Source of the DNA: Candidatus Omnitrophota bacterium
GTDB lineage: Bacteria > Omnitrophota > Omnitrophia > Omnitrophales > Aquincolibacteriaceae
Direction: 5' to 3'
NCBI GenBank assembly: GCA_016196545.1
Contig: JACPXM010000022.1
Location: 5,064-69,063, forward strand
Length of the DNA: 64,000 nt
Part shown: positions 35,724 to 45,746 of the stretch, piece after piece
How the letters are laid out: every line of letters starts with the position of its first letter
Numbering within the stretch: position 1 is the first letter of the stretch
Translations under genes and position numbers: made by a program
Notes under the pieces: generated by a model
The model's database searches: none
What the model was told of the DNA's origin: nothing
What the model saw: only the letters and a program-made list of their open reading frames with translations

Positions 35724-36641
35724 CTACCTTTTGCCTTTGCTAAGTTTGATCGCCAGTTCAATGGCCGCAATCATCGAGCGTTCATCGGCCTTATTTTTAT
35801 AAGCAATCTCAAAGGCGGTTCCGTGGTCCGGTGAGGTGCGGATAAAAGGAAGGCCAAGGGTTACATTCACGCCGTCGCGAAAGGCAATCATTTTAAAAGG
35901 CGCGAGGCCTTGATCATGATACATGCTCACCACGGCGTCAAAGCGGCCCTCGTAGGCATCAAAAAATAATTGATCCGCGGACCGGGGCCCCACCGCAACC
36001 ATTCCCTTTTTGCATGCTTTTTCGACAGCGGGGCGAATGTATTTTTCGTCCTCGGGTCCGGTTTCCTTTCCGTGAGGATTCAGTGCACACACCGCGATTT
36101 TCGGCCTTCGGATTCGGAAATATTTTTTTAGAAATTCATCCGTGAGACGGATTTTCTCAAACACAAGCGGCGTACGAATCAACCGGCTTAGGCGGCTTAC
36201 CGGAACATGAATCGTCGCGAGCGTCACTTTTAATTTCTTCGAAACAAACATCATCGCAAAGGATTGGACCTTTGCGCGCTTCGCGAAATATTCCGTGTGT
36301 CCCACAAACTCCGAATCCACCAAGCGCATCGCCGTTTTATTCACCGGCGCCGTGACGATCGCCTGCACCCTGCCCGTGAGCGCCAGGTCCGCGGCTTTAC
36401 GGATTGCAGCAAACGCAGCTTGGGCATTCCATTTTGAAATTTTTTGTTTCTCGATTTTAAAACAGGGGACAGGCACGAAGGGCACTTCGGGCCGCTCCCT
36501 TGTTTCTTTCCAAGTTTCGGGACTTCCAATGATCATAAACTCGGCGGAACGCACCCGAATTTTCTTAAGCGCCTTGAGGGTAACTTCGGGACCAATCCCT
36601 CCGGGATCCCCCATCGTGATCGCAATGACAGGTTTTTTCAT
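35724..36641 (-). CDS. pdxA: 4-hydroxythreonine-4-phosphate dehydrogenase
   Basis: 305-aa ORF, ..ITMGDPGGIGPE.., ..HTEYF.., ..TSPDHGTAF... Confidence 0.9.
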   Translation of the reverse strand: MKKPVIAITMGDPGGIGPEVTLKALKKIRVRSAEFMIIGSPETWKETRERPEVPFVPVPCFKIEKQKISKWNAQAAFAAIRKAADLALTGRVQAIVTAPVNKTAMRLVDSEFVGHTEYFAKRAKVQSFAMMFVSKKLKVTLATIHVPVSRLSRLIRTPLVFEKIRLTDEFLKKYFRIRRPKIAVCALNPHGKETGPEDEKYIRPAVEKACKKGMVAVGPRSADQLFFDAYEGRFDAVVSMYHDQGLAPFKMIAFRDGVNVTLGLPFIRTSPDHGTAFEIAYKNKADERSMIAAIELAIKLSKGKR

Positions 36642-36653
36642 AAACGGTGCGGC

Positions 36654-37619
36654 TTAACGGATGGAAATATAGGCTTCGCGTCTCAATTCATTCATCCACT
36701 CGCGAAAGCGCATGGAAACCTTTCTGCGGAAAAGATTGCCGAAGATTTCATCGCGGACCTCTTCAAACGAACGTTTTTTTCCTTCTTCTCTCATTTCCAA
36801 GCGGAAGAAATGATACCCCATTTCAGTTTCCACAATATCGGAATATTCCTGAGGTTTCATAGAGAAAATCACCTGATCGATCACCGGAATCATTTCACCC
36901 CGCTCAACCCAATCCCCCAAACCACCGTTTTTTGCCTGGGCATCTTCGGAATTCTCCTTGGCCAGCGTTTCAAAATCTTCGCCGGCCATGATTCGGTTGC
37001 GCAGGGTTTCGATTTTGGTTTTTGCCCCCTCGTCGGTGAGACCTTTCAGGCGCGCCTCCTCTCCCTTTTTGAGGGTGAGGGAGCGCACTTTAACCCGGTC
37101 CTGCGAGGCAAATTCCTGGGGATGATTTTTAAAATAGTCTTCAACTTCAAGCGGAGAGACAATGACCCTCGCCCGAATTTCCCGATCATGAAGCTGGCGG
37201 ATCATGGCCTGATTTTTAAGCCGCTCGCGCAGCAAAGTAAGATTTAAACCTTCTTTGTAGAGGGCTTGTTCCAAATCTTCTTCGGTTTTATACCGCTTCA
37301 CAAATTCCTTAAAATCCCTCTCGACTTCATCTTCTGAAACTTCAATATTTTGACTTTTGGCCTCCTGAAGTACGAGACGGTCTTCAACCAGCTGATTCAG
37401 GAGCTTGCGGCGTGCCTCTGAGAGGGTCGCCATTAACTGCTCCCCGCTCATGTTGTTTTTGTATTCCTCGTAAACAGGCCTGAAGATGAGATCCAACTCG
37501 CTTTGGGTAATGGCCTCGTTATTGACCACGGCCACTACCTGGTCAAGCATTTGGCTTTCAGCGTAACCAATTGTAATATATAGAGATATGAATAATACCA
37601 AACCCGAAAAAATTTTCAT
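36654..37619 (-). CDS. SurA-like periplasmic chaperone / parvulin-type peptidyl-prolyl isomerase
   Basis: 321-aa ORF with a signal peptide, a SurA N-terminal-like region and one parvulin domain (..GGLGDWVERGEMIPVIDQ..MGYHFFRL..). Confidence 0.82.
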   Translation of the reverse strand: MKIFSGLVLFISLYITIGYAESQMLDQVVAVVNNEAITQSELDLIFRPVYEEYKNNMSGEQLMATLSEARRKLLNQLVEDRLVLQEAKSQNIEVSEDEVERDFKEFVKRYKTEEDLEQALYKEGLNLTLLRERLKNQAMIRQLHDREIRARVIVSPLEVEDYFKNHPQEFASQDRVKVRSLTLKKGEEARLKGLTDEGAKTKIETLRNRIMAGEDFETLAKENSEDAQAKNGGLGDWVERGEMIPVIDQVIFSMKPQEYSDIVETEMGYHFFRLEMREEGKKRSFEEVRDEIFGNLFRRKVSMRFREWMNELRREAYISIR

Positions 37620-37627
37620 AGAGACCC

Positions 37628-37656
37628 TTTATATCACAGCCCTTCCCACCTATCAA
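37628..37656 (-). promoter_or_regulatory. Candidate sigma-70 promoter abutting the surA-like ATG (leaderless candidate)
   Basis: Minus strand: TTGATA (37656-37651), 17 nt, TATAAA (37633-37628), then only 8 nt before the ATG at 37619. No SD. Confidence 0.35.
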
Positions 37657-37716
37657 GCTCTCTACAACTAGCGTTTGTACATTTTTTATGGTTGAGGGCG
37701 ACGGAATCTGCTACTT

Positions 37717-37761
37717 CCCCCACAGCCAGTGTGTAAAAGCTTTTTCACACCGGCTGTGGGG
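37717..37761 (-). terminator. Hairpin just downstream of mfd
   Basis: CCCCACAGCC-a-GTGTG (37717-37733) pairs with CACAC-c-GGCTGTGGGG (37746-37761). It lies 6 nt after the mfd stop and has no U-tract. Confidence 0.45.
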
Positions 37762-37767
37762 AGGTTA

Positions 37768-39666
37768 TTAGGTAGATTTGGATTTGCGTTGTTTTTCGAT
37801 TTCATCTTTGAGCATACGACAATAAAGGTCAAATCCGACGGCATGAATGAAACCGCTTTGCTCGGTTCCGAGCAAATTACCCGCCCCGCGAATTTCAAGA
37901 TCTTCGAGGGCAATTTTGAATCCGGAACCGAGCTCCGTAAAACGTTCAATGGCGGCCAGGCGCTTTTGGGCGTCGCGGCTTAACAAGTAATCCTTAGGCA
38001 CTATAAAATAGGCGTAGGCCTGGCGCTTTTCCCGGAAACGCCCCACCCTTCCGCGCAGTTGATAAAGATCCGCCAGCCCAAATCTATCCGCACGGTTCAC
38101 CATAAGGGTGTTCGCATTTGGAATATCAATGCCGGATTCGATGATGTTGGTGGCGATCAAACAGTCGATTTTATTTTCTAAAAAATCTCCCATGACGGCT
38201 TCAAGCTCCTTGGGATTCATTTGGCCGTGTGCCACGCCAAAGCGGACCTGCGGCAAAAGCGATTTTAAATGCCCATAAACTTTTTCGATGGATTGCACCC
38301 GGTTGTGCACAAAATAAATTTGCCCGCCGCGTCCAAGCTCCCGTTCAAACGCACCTTGGATACGGTTTTCATCCCATTCCATAATGAAGGTCTCAACCGG
38401 CAGGCGGGCCTTGGGCGGCGTATTGATCACCGACATATCGCGCACGCCTACCAGCGACATATAAAGGGTTCGCGGAATGGGCGTGGCCGTCATCGTGAGG
38501 ATATCCACGAAAGTCCTGAACGCCTTCAACCGCTCCTTATGGGCGACGCCAAATCGCTGCTCCTCATCAATCACCACGAGCCCCAAATCTTTGAAGCTTA
38601 TATCCCGTGAAAGCAGACGATGCGTGCCAATAACGATGTCGGTGGTCCCGTTTTTAATCGACGCAATAATGCCGGATTGTTCTTTTTTGCTTCGAAACCG
38701 GGAAAGCACTTTGACGGTCACCGGAAAATTTTTAACGCGGTTTTTTATCACGAGATAATGTTGTTCGGCCAGCACCGTGGTGGGCACAAGCAGGGCCACT
38801 TGTTTTCCCGACGTAACCACTTTGAAGGCCGCACGAATGGCCACTTCAGTTTTACCATAACCCACATCGCCCGCGAGCAAGCGGTCCATAGGCTTGGGGC
38901 TTTCCATATCTTTTTTAACCTCCCGAAGGGCGTCGATTTGCCCGGGCGTTTCTTCAAAAGGAAATTCCTCTTCGAAGGGCTTCTGCCAGGGATGGTCTTT
39001 GGAAAATGCGATTCCCTGAACAATGGCGCGCTTCGCATAAAGCTCCACCATGTCACGGGCAATTCCGGAAATCGCAATTCGCGCGCGGCTTTTCGCACGC
39101 TCCCATTCCTGCGTATTGAGTTTCGTGAGTTTTGGGGCGCGGCCTTCTCCGCCGATGTAACGCTCAAGCGGCTCATCGGTCTCAAAGTATAAAATTTCAC
39201 CCTTGGCATATTCGACCGCAAGGTGCTTACGCTTTTCCCCTTTAATTTGAAGAGATTTAGTGCCTAAAAATTTCCCGATCCCGTATTTAAGATTGACCAC
39301 GTAATCGCCGCGCTCAAGGTCTTTCCATTGGGTGACGGGCTCCAAGGATTCAAAGCGCTGGGCTTGACGGCTAATTTTTTTTTCGAAGACTTCGGAACGC
39401 GGGATCAATAAGACTTCATCGTAAGTCACCAACGAGGAACCGTCAAAAGGTGAGAAATCTCGGATGGCAGAAATCCTGTCAGCCTCAAATTCAAGGCGGA
39501 CGGGACTGCGGTAAGTGACCGGATAGATATCGAAAATCGCGCCGCGCAACGCAAATTCACCGGGACGGGCCACAAATTCACTGCGCGCGTAGCGAATTTG
39601 AGTCAAAAGCTCGACCAGCTTTTCACGCTGGAGGGTCTCGCCGACTTTTAATCGCTGAAAATGCAT
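37768..39666 (-). CDS. mfd: Transcription-repair coupling factor, compact form (632 aa)
   Basis: D2-like N-terminus (..[29 protein letters not shown]..), CarD/RID segment ([16 protein letters not shown]), and SF2 translocase ([18 protein letters not shown], ..QLRGRVGR..). It ends at ..[15 protein letters not shown]... No coding space for the missing domains exists on either side. Confidence 0.85.
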   Translation of the reverse strand: MHFQRLKVGETLQREKLVELLTQIRYARSEFVARPGEFALRGAIFDIYPVTYRSPVRLEFEADRISAIRDFSPFDGSSLVTYDEVLLIPRSEVFEKKISRQAQRFESLEPVTQWKDLERGDYVVNLKYGIGKFLGTKSLQIKGEKRKHLAVEYAKGEILYFETDEPLERYIGGEGRAPKLTKLNTQEWERAKSRARIAISGIARDMVELYAKRAIVQGIAFSKDHPWQKPFEEEFPFEETPGQIDALREVKKDMESPKPMDRLLAGDVGYGKTEVAIRAAFKVVTSGKQVALLVPTTVLAEQHYLVIKNRVKNFPVTVKVLSRFRSKKEQSGIIASIKNGTTDIVIGTHRLLSRDISFKDLGLVVIDEEQRFGVAHKERLKAFRTFVDILTMTATPIPRTLYMSLVGVRDMSVINTPPKARLPVETFIMEWDENRIQGAFERELGRGGQIYFVHNRVQSIEKVYGHLKSLLPQVRFGVAHGQMNPKELEAVMGDFLENKIDCLIATNIIESGIDIPNANTLMVNRADRFGLADLYQLRGRVGRFREKRQAYAYFIVPKDYLLSRDAQKRLAAIERFTELGSGFKIALEDLEIRGAGNLLGTEQSGFIHAVGFDLYCRMLKDEIEKQRKSKST

Positions 39667-39671
39667 GCCGT

Positions 39672-39677
39672 ATTATA
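39672..39677 (-). promoter_or_regulatory. Perfect TATAAT 5 nt upstream of the mfd ATG (possible leaderless start)
   Basis: The minus strand reads ..CTGC-TATAAT-ACGGC-ATG. There is no convincing -35 and no SD. It lies 12 nt after the aminotransferase stop. Confidence 0.25.
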
Positions 39678-39688
39678 GCAGGGCAAAG

Positions 39689-40876
39689 CTATTTTTTCTT
39701 AAGCCAATCGGCCATACGCCGGCTCGCTTCTTCAAGATTCGCTTCGGAAGCGGCAAAACTAAGTCGCACGTGCCGGTCACTTCCAAAGGGTTTTCCGGGG
39801 ACTACGGCCACGTGGGCCTCTTCGAGGAGTTTTTCTGAAAAACTGACGGAGTCCATACCCGTTTCCGCGATGTTCACAAAAAGATAAAACGCCCCGCCCG
39901 GCATAAACGGCCGGAGCCTGGGAATGGCCTTTATTTTTTCATAAAGGAGTTGGCGGCGCCTTTCAAAAACTTCACACATTTTTCGCGCATCCTCCTCGCC
40001 TTTTTCAAGGGCCGTCATACCGCCTGCCTGTGCGAAGGACACGGGATTCGAAGTCGAGTGGCTTTGAATGCTTGAAACCGCGCGGGCCAATTCTTGGGTC
40101 GGGCAAGCACTGTAGCCAAGCCTCCAGCCTGTCATCGCATAGGCCTTGCTATGTCCATTGACAATCAGGGTTCGGGCCGCGATTTCGGGATCAAGCTGGG
40201 CGATGGAATAATGTTTTTGATGATCAAAGATAAGTTTTTCATAGATTTCATCACTGATCACAATCAGGCGCGGAAAATTTTTTAAAATTTTCACAAGCCC
40301 CAAAAGCTCCTCTTTCGAATAAACCGCTCCGGTAGGATTGGAGGGTGAATTTAAAAGCAGAATTTTCGTGTGCTCCTGGAGCCCCCTTTTTAAAATCTCC
40401 GGGGTGAGTTTAAAATCGGTAGTTTCATCCGTTTTAAGGAGGAGGTTTGTGCCGCCAAGCACCGTCACCATCTCTGGGTAACTCAGCCAATAAGGCGAAG
40501 GAATGGCAACTTCATCTCCCTCATTTAAGAGGGCAAAAAGCAGATTGAAAATAGAGTGTTTGGCACCGGTTGAAACCACAATTTGTTCCGGAGTAAAATC
40601 CAGGCCCTGATCGCGCTTGAACTTGGCGCAAATGGCCTTACGAAGCTCAAGGATTCCGTTAACCGGCGTGTATTTGGTAAGGCCCTTTTGAAGGGCCTCG
40701 ATCGCGGCTTGCTTGATATAGGAAGGGGTATCAAAATCGGGCTCGCCGGCGGAAAGAGAAATGACATTCAAGCCCTTGGCCTGCATTTCTTTGGCCTTGG
40801 CGCTAATGGCGAGGGTTACCGAAGGCTGAACGGATCGAGCCCGTTTTGAAATCTCAAAAAGGAATTTATTGGTCAT
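39689..40876 (-). CDS. Class I pyridoxal-phosphate-dependent aminotransferase (aspartate aminotransferase-like)
   Basis: AspAT-like blocks (..SLSAGEPDFDTP.., ..SNPTGAVY.., ..NGHSKAYAMTGWRLGY..). I prefer ATG at 40876 (MTNKF..). The track start at 40903 is a GTG. Confidence 0.85.
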   Translation of the reverse strand: MTNKFLFEISKRARSVQPSVTLAISAKAKEMQAKGLNVISLSAGEPDFDTPSYIKQAAIEALQKGLTKYTPVNGILELRKAICAKFKRDQGLDFTPEQIVVSTGAKHSIFNLLFALLNEGDEVAIPSPYWLSYPEMVTVLGGTNLLLKTDETTDFKLTPEILKRGLQEHTKILLLNSPSNPTGAVYSKEELLGLVKILKNFPRLIVISDEIYEKLIFDHQKHYSIAQLDPEIAARTLIVNGHSKAYAMTGWRLGYSACPTQELARAVSSIQSHSTSNPVSFAQAGGMTALEKGEEDARKMCEVFERRRQLLYEKIKAIPRLRPFMPGGAFYLFVNIAETGMDSVSFSEKLLEEAHVAVVPGKPFGSDRHVRLSFAASEANLEEASRRMADWLKKK

Positions 40877-41438
40877 CCCCTTTAAGGAATTTGCGGAGGG
40901 CACCTAAAAAGCCGCCTTTCTTTTCCGACTCTTTTTTCTCCTGGGCCTTCTTAGACTCAGTGGCCTTTTTCTCTTCTTTTTCTTTCACGGCTTGAGGAGC
41001 GTGGGGCTCGGTTTGATCATGAATATGGGGTTTTTCCTTTTTGGCCTTTTTCGGTTCTTTTTTCTTTTTCACAGGCGCTTCCATCACGGCGGTAAATTCA
41101 AGCAAAGCTGTTTGTGCGCCGTCTCCGACTCGATTCGAAATTTTAAGAACGCGCGTATAGCCTCCCTGACGGCTTTGAAAATGCGGTGCGATTTGAGTCA
41201 AAAACGCATGCGCGGTGCGGGAGCATCCCAGGCGAGAAATTAAAAGCCTGCGGGCAGAAAGATCCCCCTGCTTTGCGATTTGCACCATTTGATCCGCCAA
41301 GGCGCTTGCCGCTTTAGCCTTCGCGTAAGTCGTTTGAATCCTTTTATGGACCACCAGACTTTTCACGAGGTTTCTGAGAAGCGCCTTACGGTGCTTGGTT
41401 TGTACTCCGAGCGTTAGTTTATGCCTCTGATGACGCAT
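40866..41438 (-). CDS. rplQ: 50S ribosomal protein L17 with ~70-aa K/E-rich C-terminal tail
   Basis: 190-aa ORF with an L17 core (MRHQRHKLTLGVQTKHRKALLRNL..) downstream of rpoA. Confidence 0.92.
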   Translation of the reverse strand: MRHQRHKLTLGVQTKHRKALLRNLVKSLVVHKRIQTTYAKAKAASALADQMVQIAKQGDLSARRLLISRLGCSRTAHAFLTQIAPHFQSRQGGYTRVLKISNRVGDGAQTALLEFTAVMEAPVKKKKEPKKAKKEKPHIHDQTEPHAPQAVKEKEEKKATESKKAQEKKESEKKGGFLGALRKFLKGDDQ

Positions 41439-41445
41439 GATTCAC

Positions 41446-42474
41446 TCAGCTTTTCGCGGGAGCCGCGGGTGTCGGCAAACTGACGGGCGGGGATCCCCCT
41501 TTTCGTTTCAATCTTTCCTCAATATTGACTCCAAGCCCAAGTCCCATGGAAGTCAAAATCGCGCTGATTTCAGAAAGGGATTTTTTTCCAAAATTCTTGT
41601 ATTTCAACATTTGGGCCTCGGTTTTCTGAATGAGGTCACCGATGGTTTTAATGTTCGCGGCCTCAAGGCAATTGGCGCTTCGCACCGAAAGCTCAAGCTC
41701 GCTGATGGGCTTTCCGATGAGGTCTTTAAACGCAGAATCCTCTTCCTCTTCTTCTTCCTCCTCCACAGGCAGCTCACCATAATTAACGAAAATATCTAGG
41801 TGGCGCTGCAAAATATTGGAGGCATAAAGAAGCGATTCTTCCGGAGTCATCGCACCGTTGGTCCAAATTTCAAGAATGAGCCGGTCATAATCCGTGATTT
41901 GCCCAACGCGGGTTTCCTCCACAGCAAAATTCACGCGGGTAATCGGCGAATAAAGCGAATCCACCGGGATATCCCCAATCGAGACCTCCTCGGCTTTATT
42001 GCGTTCCGCGGGAACATAACCGCGACCGCGACCGATTTCCATTTCCATGCGAAAGGGCACTTCCTTGGAAAGATTGCAGATCACCTGGTTGGGGTTGATA
42101 ATTTCAATCGTTTCATCCGATTGAACGTCGCGGCCCGTGACAGGGCCTTTTCGTTTGACGTCAATGGTGAGAGTCTTGGGTCCTTTTCCGTGATAACGGA
42201 CCACAAGTTTTTTGATATTGAGCACAATCTGCGCCCCGTCTTCCATCAAACCATCCAGCGTGGAAAACTCATGCAGCATGCCGTCCACTTTAATACGCGT
42301 CACAGCCGCCCCTTCAATCGAAGAGATCAGAACACGGCGCAGGGCATTGCCCACCGTCGTCCCATAACCCCTTTCAAAAGGCTCCGCTACGAATTTTCCG
42401 TAAGTCGGAGTGAGCGTCGCCTTTTCCGCTTCGAGACGCTTTGGCATTTCAAATGATTTCCAACGAATTCCCAT
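41446..42474 (-). CDS. rpoA: DNA-directed RNA polymerase subunit alpha
   Basis: 342-aa ORF with an NTD (..GTTVGNALRRVLISSIEG..) and a CTD (..ELSVRSANCLEAANIKTIGDL..). Confidence 0.96.
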   Translation of the reverse strand: MGIRWKSFEMPKRLEAEKATLTPTYGKFVAEPFERGYGTTVGNALRRVLISSIEGAAVTRIKVDGMLHEFSTLDGLMEDGAQIVLNIKKLVVRYHGKGPKTLTIDVKRKGPVTGRDVQSDETIEIINPNQVICNLSKEVPFRMEMEIGRGRGYVPAERNKAEEVSIGDIPVDSLYSPITRVNFAVEETRVGQITDYDRLILEIWTNGAMTPEESLLYASNILQRHLDIFVNYGELPVEEEEEEEEDSAFKDLIGKPISELELSVRSANCLEAANIKTIGDLIQKTEAQMLKYKNFGKKSLSEISAILTSMGLGLGVNIEERLKRKGGSPPVSLPTPAAPAKS

Positions 42475-42513
42475 TGTATCCTCCTTAGAGATAGGCGAAA
42501 ATTAGCCTTTTTA

Positions 42514-43137
42514 TTATTTCGAGTACAATTCCACGATCAGTGATTCTTCCACCGGAAGACCGGCATCCGCTTTGAGGGGGAGCCTCTCCACTTTTGCTTC
42601 CAGCTTATTTTTGTCAAGGGTCAGCCATTCCGGGATTGGAATATCCTGATTTTTTTCCAGACTTTCCTTAATCCGCTTGATATTCTTCTCTTTGTTGCGG
42701 GGAGAAATTTTGTCTCCCGGCTTCACGAGATAGGACGGTATATTCACCGGCCGACCGTTCACGTAAATCAGTCCGTGACTCACCATTTGCCGGGCCTCGG
42801 GGCGTGTCCCGGAAAAAAGAAGCCGATAAATCACATTGTCAAGACGGCTTTCCAGCATTTGAGTCAAAATTTCTCCCGTGGCGCCCCGCTTTCGGGAAGC
42901 CCGTTGAAAAAAGACTCGGAACTGGCGCTCTAAAAGTCCGTAAATACGTTTCATTTTTTGCTTCTCGCGAAGCTGAACCCCATAATCCGAAAGTTTCTGC
43001 CTTTTTGCGCCGTGCTGTCCCGGCGGCTGTTCCAGACGCTCTCGGAATTTGTCATCGTTGCGCCGGCCGCTTTTGAGCATCAAATTGACGCCTTCGCGGC
43101 GCGACAACCGGTTAACCGGACCTCGATAACGAGCCAT
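42514..43137 (-). CDS. rpsD: 30S ribosomal protein S4
   Basis: 207-aa ORF, MARYRGPVNRLSRREG.., with an S4 domain. Confidence 0.95.
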   Translation of the reverse strand: MARYRGPVNRLSRREGVNLMLKSGRRNDDKFRERLEQPPGQHGAKRQKLSDYGVQLREKQKMKRIYGLLERQFRVFFQRASRKRGATGEILTQMLESRLDNVIYRLLFSGTRPEARQMVSHGLIYVNGRPVNIPSYLVKPGDKISPRNKEKNIKRIKESLEKNQDIPIPEWLTLDKNKLEAKVERLPLKADAGLPVEESLIVELYSK

Positions 43138-43140
43138 AAA

Positions 43141-43512
43141 TTAAACTCTCCTTCTCTTGGGTGGGCGGCAGCCATTGTGCGGGATCGGAGTCACATCGTG
43201 AATAGCACTGATCTGAAGTCCCGCCGCCTGAAGCGCGCGAATTGCAGATTCGCGGCCCGCGCCCGGCCCTTTAATAAAAACTTCCACTTCCTTCATACCG
43301 CATTCCATCGCTTTCTTAGCGGCCTGTTCGGAGGCCACCTGTGCCGCAAAGGGTGTGGATTTTTTAGACCCTTTAAAACCCGCGGAGCCCGATGAGGACC
43401 ACACGAGGGCATTGCCCTTGGGATCGGTAATCGTCACAATGGTATTATTAAAACTTGCCAGGATATGCGCCACTCCGCGCGGAACCTGCCGTAATTTTTT
43501 CTTTTTTGCCAT
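43141..43512 (-). CDS. rpsK: 30S ribosomal protein S11
   Basis: 123-aa ORF, ..[22 protein letters not shown]... Confidence 0.95.
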   Translation of the reverse strand: MAKKKKLRQVPRGVAHILASFNNTIVTITDPKGNALVWSSSGSAGFKGSKKSTPFAAQVASEQAAKKAMECGMKEVEVFIKGPGAGRESAIRALQAAGLQISAIHDVTPIPHNGCRPPKRRRV

Positions 43513-43549
43513 AAATCTCCTTAAAGAATGTTACGAGGTAACCTATTCA

Positions 43550-43936
43550 TTATTTGGGTGCTGGCGGTTTCTTGCTCAATCCGCCGATAGTCTTTCGCGG
43601 CCCCTTCCGGGTCCTTGCATTCGTATGGGAACGCTGGCCTCGGACCGGAAGTCCTTTGAGATGCCGCGAACCCCGGTAGCAGCGAATATCCATAAGTCGT
43701 TTGATATTCTGCTGTACTTCGCGCCGAAGATCCCCCTCTACCTTGGTTGTCTTTTGAATCACGGCCGTGATGGTGGAAATTTCTTTTTCCGTGAGATCTT
43801 TTGCGCGCTTATTCGGATCGACGCCGGCTTCCGCCAAAATCTTCTTGGAATTGGATTTTCCAACCCCATAAAGGTAACGTAGCGCAACTTCCGTCCTTTT
43901 TTCCCGCGGTATATCCACACCTATAATTCTTGGCAT
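43550..43936 (-). CDS. rpsM: 30S ribosomal protein S13
   Basis: ATG at 43936 gives the canonical [14 protein letters not shown]... The track ORF is extended 30 codons upstream across rpmJ. Confidence 0.93.
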   Translation of the reverse strand: MPRIIGVDIPREKRTEVALRYLYGVGKSNSKKILAEAGVDPNKRAKDLTEKEISTITAVIQKTTKVEGDLRREVQQNIKRLMDIRCYRGSRHLKGLPVRGQRSHTNARTRKGPRKTIGGLSKKPPAPK

Positions 43937-43950
43937 AAATAACGACTCCT

Positions 43951-44064
43951 TTATCCTTGCCGCTGCTTGTGCTTGGGATTGGTACAAATCACATACACAA
44001 TGCGCTTGCGGCGGACGATCTTGCAATTTTCACAAATTCGTTTGACGGAACTTCTGACTTTCAT
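43951..44064 (-). CDS. rpmJ: 50S ribosomal protein L36
   Basis: Not in the ORF track. Hand translation gives [37 protein letters not shown] (37 aa) with GGAG upstream. Confidence 0.93.
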   Translation of the reverse strand: MKVRSSVKRICENCKIVRRKRIVYVICTNPKHKQRQG

Positions 44065-44129
44065 AATCTCCTGTCTTGTCATCCTTCTCCCGCCTCTGGC
44101 GGGATCAGGATAACCTGCCTATCGGCAGG

Positions 44130-44348
44130 TCATTTCACTCTAAACGTAATACGTCCCCGCGTTAAGTCGTAAGGGGAAAGTTCGACTTTCACCTTATCGC
44201 CGGGAAGGATGCGAATATAGTGCATCCTCATTTTCCCGGAAATATGGGCCAAAACCTTATGACCGTTGTCGAGTTCAACTCGAAACATGGCGTTGGGAAG
44301 CGGTTCAATCACTTTCCCTTCCACTTCGATCGAATCTTCCTTAGGCAT
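44130..44348 (-). CDS. infA: Translation initiation factor IF-1
   Basis: 72-aa [44 protein letters not shown]... Confidence 0.96.
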   Translation of the reverse strand: MPKEDSIEVEGKVIEPLPNAMFRVELDNGHKVLAHISGKMRMHYIRILPGDKVKVELSPYDLTRGRITFRVK

Positions 44349-45096
44349 TTTCGCCTCCGGTTAAATTCATGAACCCTTCTTCCGTAAAAGCAATGGTATC
44401 TTCATAATGACTTGCCCATTTTCGGTCTCGCGTCACTACGGTCCAGCCATCGGCGAGGGTTTCCACCGCGTGATGGCCCTCGGTGACCATCGGCTCAATC
44501 GCAATCACAAGTCCCGGCTGAATCTTCGCACCGTGCCCGGCCTTGCCAAAATTCGGAACCTGGGGATCTTCATGAATTGCACGGCCTATGCCGTGGCCCA
44601 CATATTCACGCACAATGCCGAATCCCTGAGACTCGATGGAGCGCTGAATCCGCTCGGACAAATCTCCGATCCGCGACCCGGGCTGATATCCTTTCAATCC
44701 TTCAAAGAGCGATTCTTTTGCCGTGGCAATCAATCTTTCTACGGTTTGGGAAACTTTCCCTACGGCCCAGCTTCTTGCCGAATCTGCGAAATAACCCTTT
44801 AACTTAACGCCGATATCAAAACTGATAAGGTCTCCCTCGTGGAGCCTTCGCGATCCCGGTATTCCGTGAACCACTTCTTCATTCACTGAAATACACGCCG
44901 TTTTTGGAAATCCCCGGTAACCTTTAAAGGCCGGTTCACCGCCCAGCTTGCGAATCACGCGCTCCGCAATCCGGTCAATATCATCCGTCGTTATTCCCGG
45001 TTTTACGGCCGGACCAACTTCTCGGAACACTTCCTTTAAAATGGCGCCCGCATCGGCCATAATCTGGATTTCACGTTTGGATTTCAGCGAAATCAT
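44341..45096 (-). CDS. map: Type I methionine aminopeptidase
   Basis: ATG at 45096 ([13 protein letters not shown]..) forms an ATGA overlap with the adk stop. Metal-ligand blocks are present (..[15 protein letters not shown].., ..[10 protein letters not shown]..). Confidence 0.92.
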   Translation of the reverse strand: MISLKSKREIQIMADAGAILKEVFREVGPAVKPGITTDDIDRIAERVIRKLGGEPAFKGYRGFPKTACISVNEEVVHGIPGSRRLHEGDLISFDIGVKLKGYFADSARSWAVGKVSQTVERLIATAKESLFEGLKGYQPGSRIGDLSERIQRSIESQGFGIVREYVGHGIGRAIHEDPQVPNFGKAGHGAKIQPGLVIAIEPMVTEGHHAVETLADGWTVVTRDRKWASHYEDTIAFTEEGFMNLTGGENA

Positions 45097-45746
45097 AAGC
45101 CGATTTGCGCAAAAAGTTCTTTCAACTCCGTTTGCAGCTCGGGCACATCCCAATCACCGTGTACGTCCTGTAAAAGGTTCTTCTCGCGGTAATAAGCAAT
45201 CAGCGGGTAAGTTTCCTTTTCATAAGTCGCAAGACGATGGCGAATCGTATCGGGTTGATCGTCTTTGCGCTGAACGATCTTAGCTTGGCAGCGGTCGCAA
45301 CTCCCCTCTTTTTTGGGGGGGATATTGCGGATATGATAATTCGCCCCGCATTCCGGACAAATCCTGCGGCCCGAAAGCCGATCAATAATCACGCGCTCCG
45401 AGGTCGCAAAATTCAATACCGCGTCAAGTTCAGCGTTATGGCTTTTCAAAAAACGATTCAAGGCCTCAGCCTGCCCCAAAGTCCTGGGGTACCCATCCAA
45501 AATAAACCCTTTTGAAACTCCGGCGCGTTCGACTTCACCGGCCATCATTTCATTGACAAGCTCGTCGGGGACCAATCCTCCCCGTTCAATAATATCCTTG
45601 GCGCGTGATCCGATTTCTGATTGTTCCCGGATATGCTTTCTTAAAATGTCGCCTGTCGCCAAATGACTTACTTTAAATTTTTCACTTAAAATTTTTGCGT
45701 GGGTTCCCTTACCCGCTCCGGGGGGCCCCAATAACACAAGCCTCAT
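45093..45746 (-). CDS. adk: Adenylate kinase (zinc-lid type)
   Basis: 217-aa ORF with GPPGAGKGT P-loop and lid CPECG..CDRC. Confidence 0.95.
   Translation of the reverse strand: MRLVLLGPPGAGKGTHAKILSEKFKVSHLATGDILRKHIREQSEIGSRAKDIIERGGLVPDELVNEMMAGEVERAGVSKGFILDGYPRTLGQAEALNRFLKSHNAELDAVLNFATSERVIIDRLSGRRICPECGANYHIRNIPPKKEGSCDRCQAKIVQRKDDQPDTIRHRLATYEKETYPLIAYYREKNLLQDVHGDWDVPELQTELKELFAQIGL

Noticed and set aside
36444-37247. 267-aa plus-strand ORF antisense to the surA-like and pdxA genes
   Set aside because: It is a shadow ORF opposite well-supported genes, with no motifs and no translation signals. The same reasoning applies to 604-1143, 3581-4288, 26772-27335, 38620-39192, 41800-42456, 60023-60715 and 61187-61912.
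44341-45153. N-terminally extended versions of map, rpsM, rplN, rplB, rplD, secY, rplV, rpmC, hisG and the nuclease as given by the ORF track
   Set aside because: The extensions use upstream in-frame starts. Those I checked (hisG, secY, rplV, rpmC, the nuclease) are TTG or GTG codons. The extensions mostly overlap the preceding gene. Internal ATGs reproduce canonical N-termini, several with ATGA/TAATG coupling or an SD.
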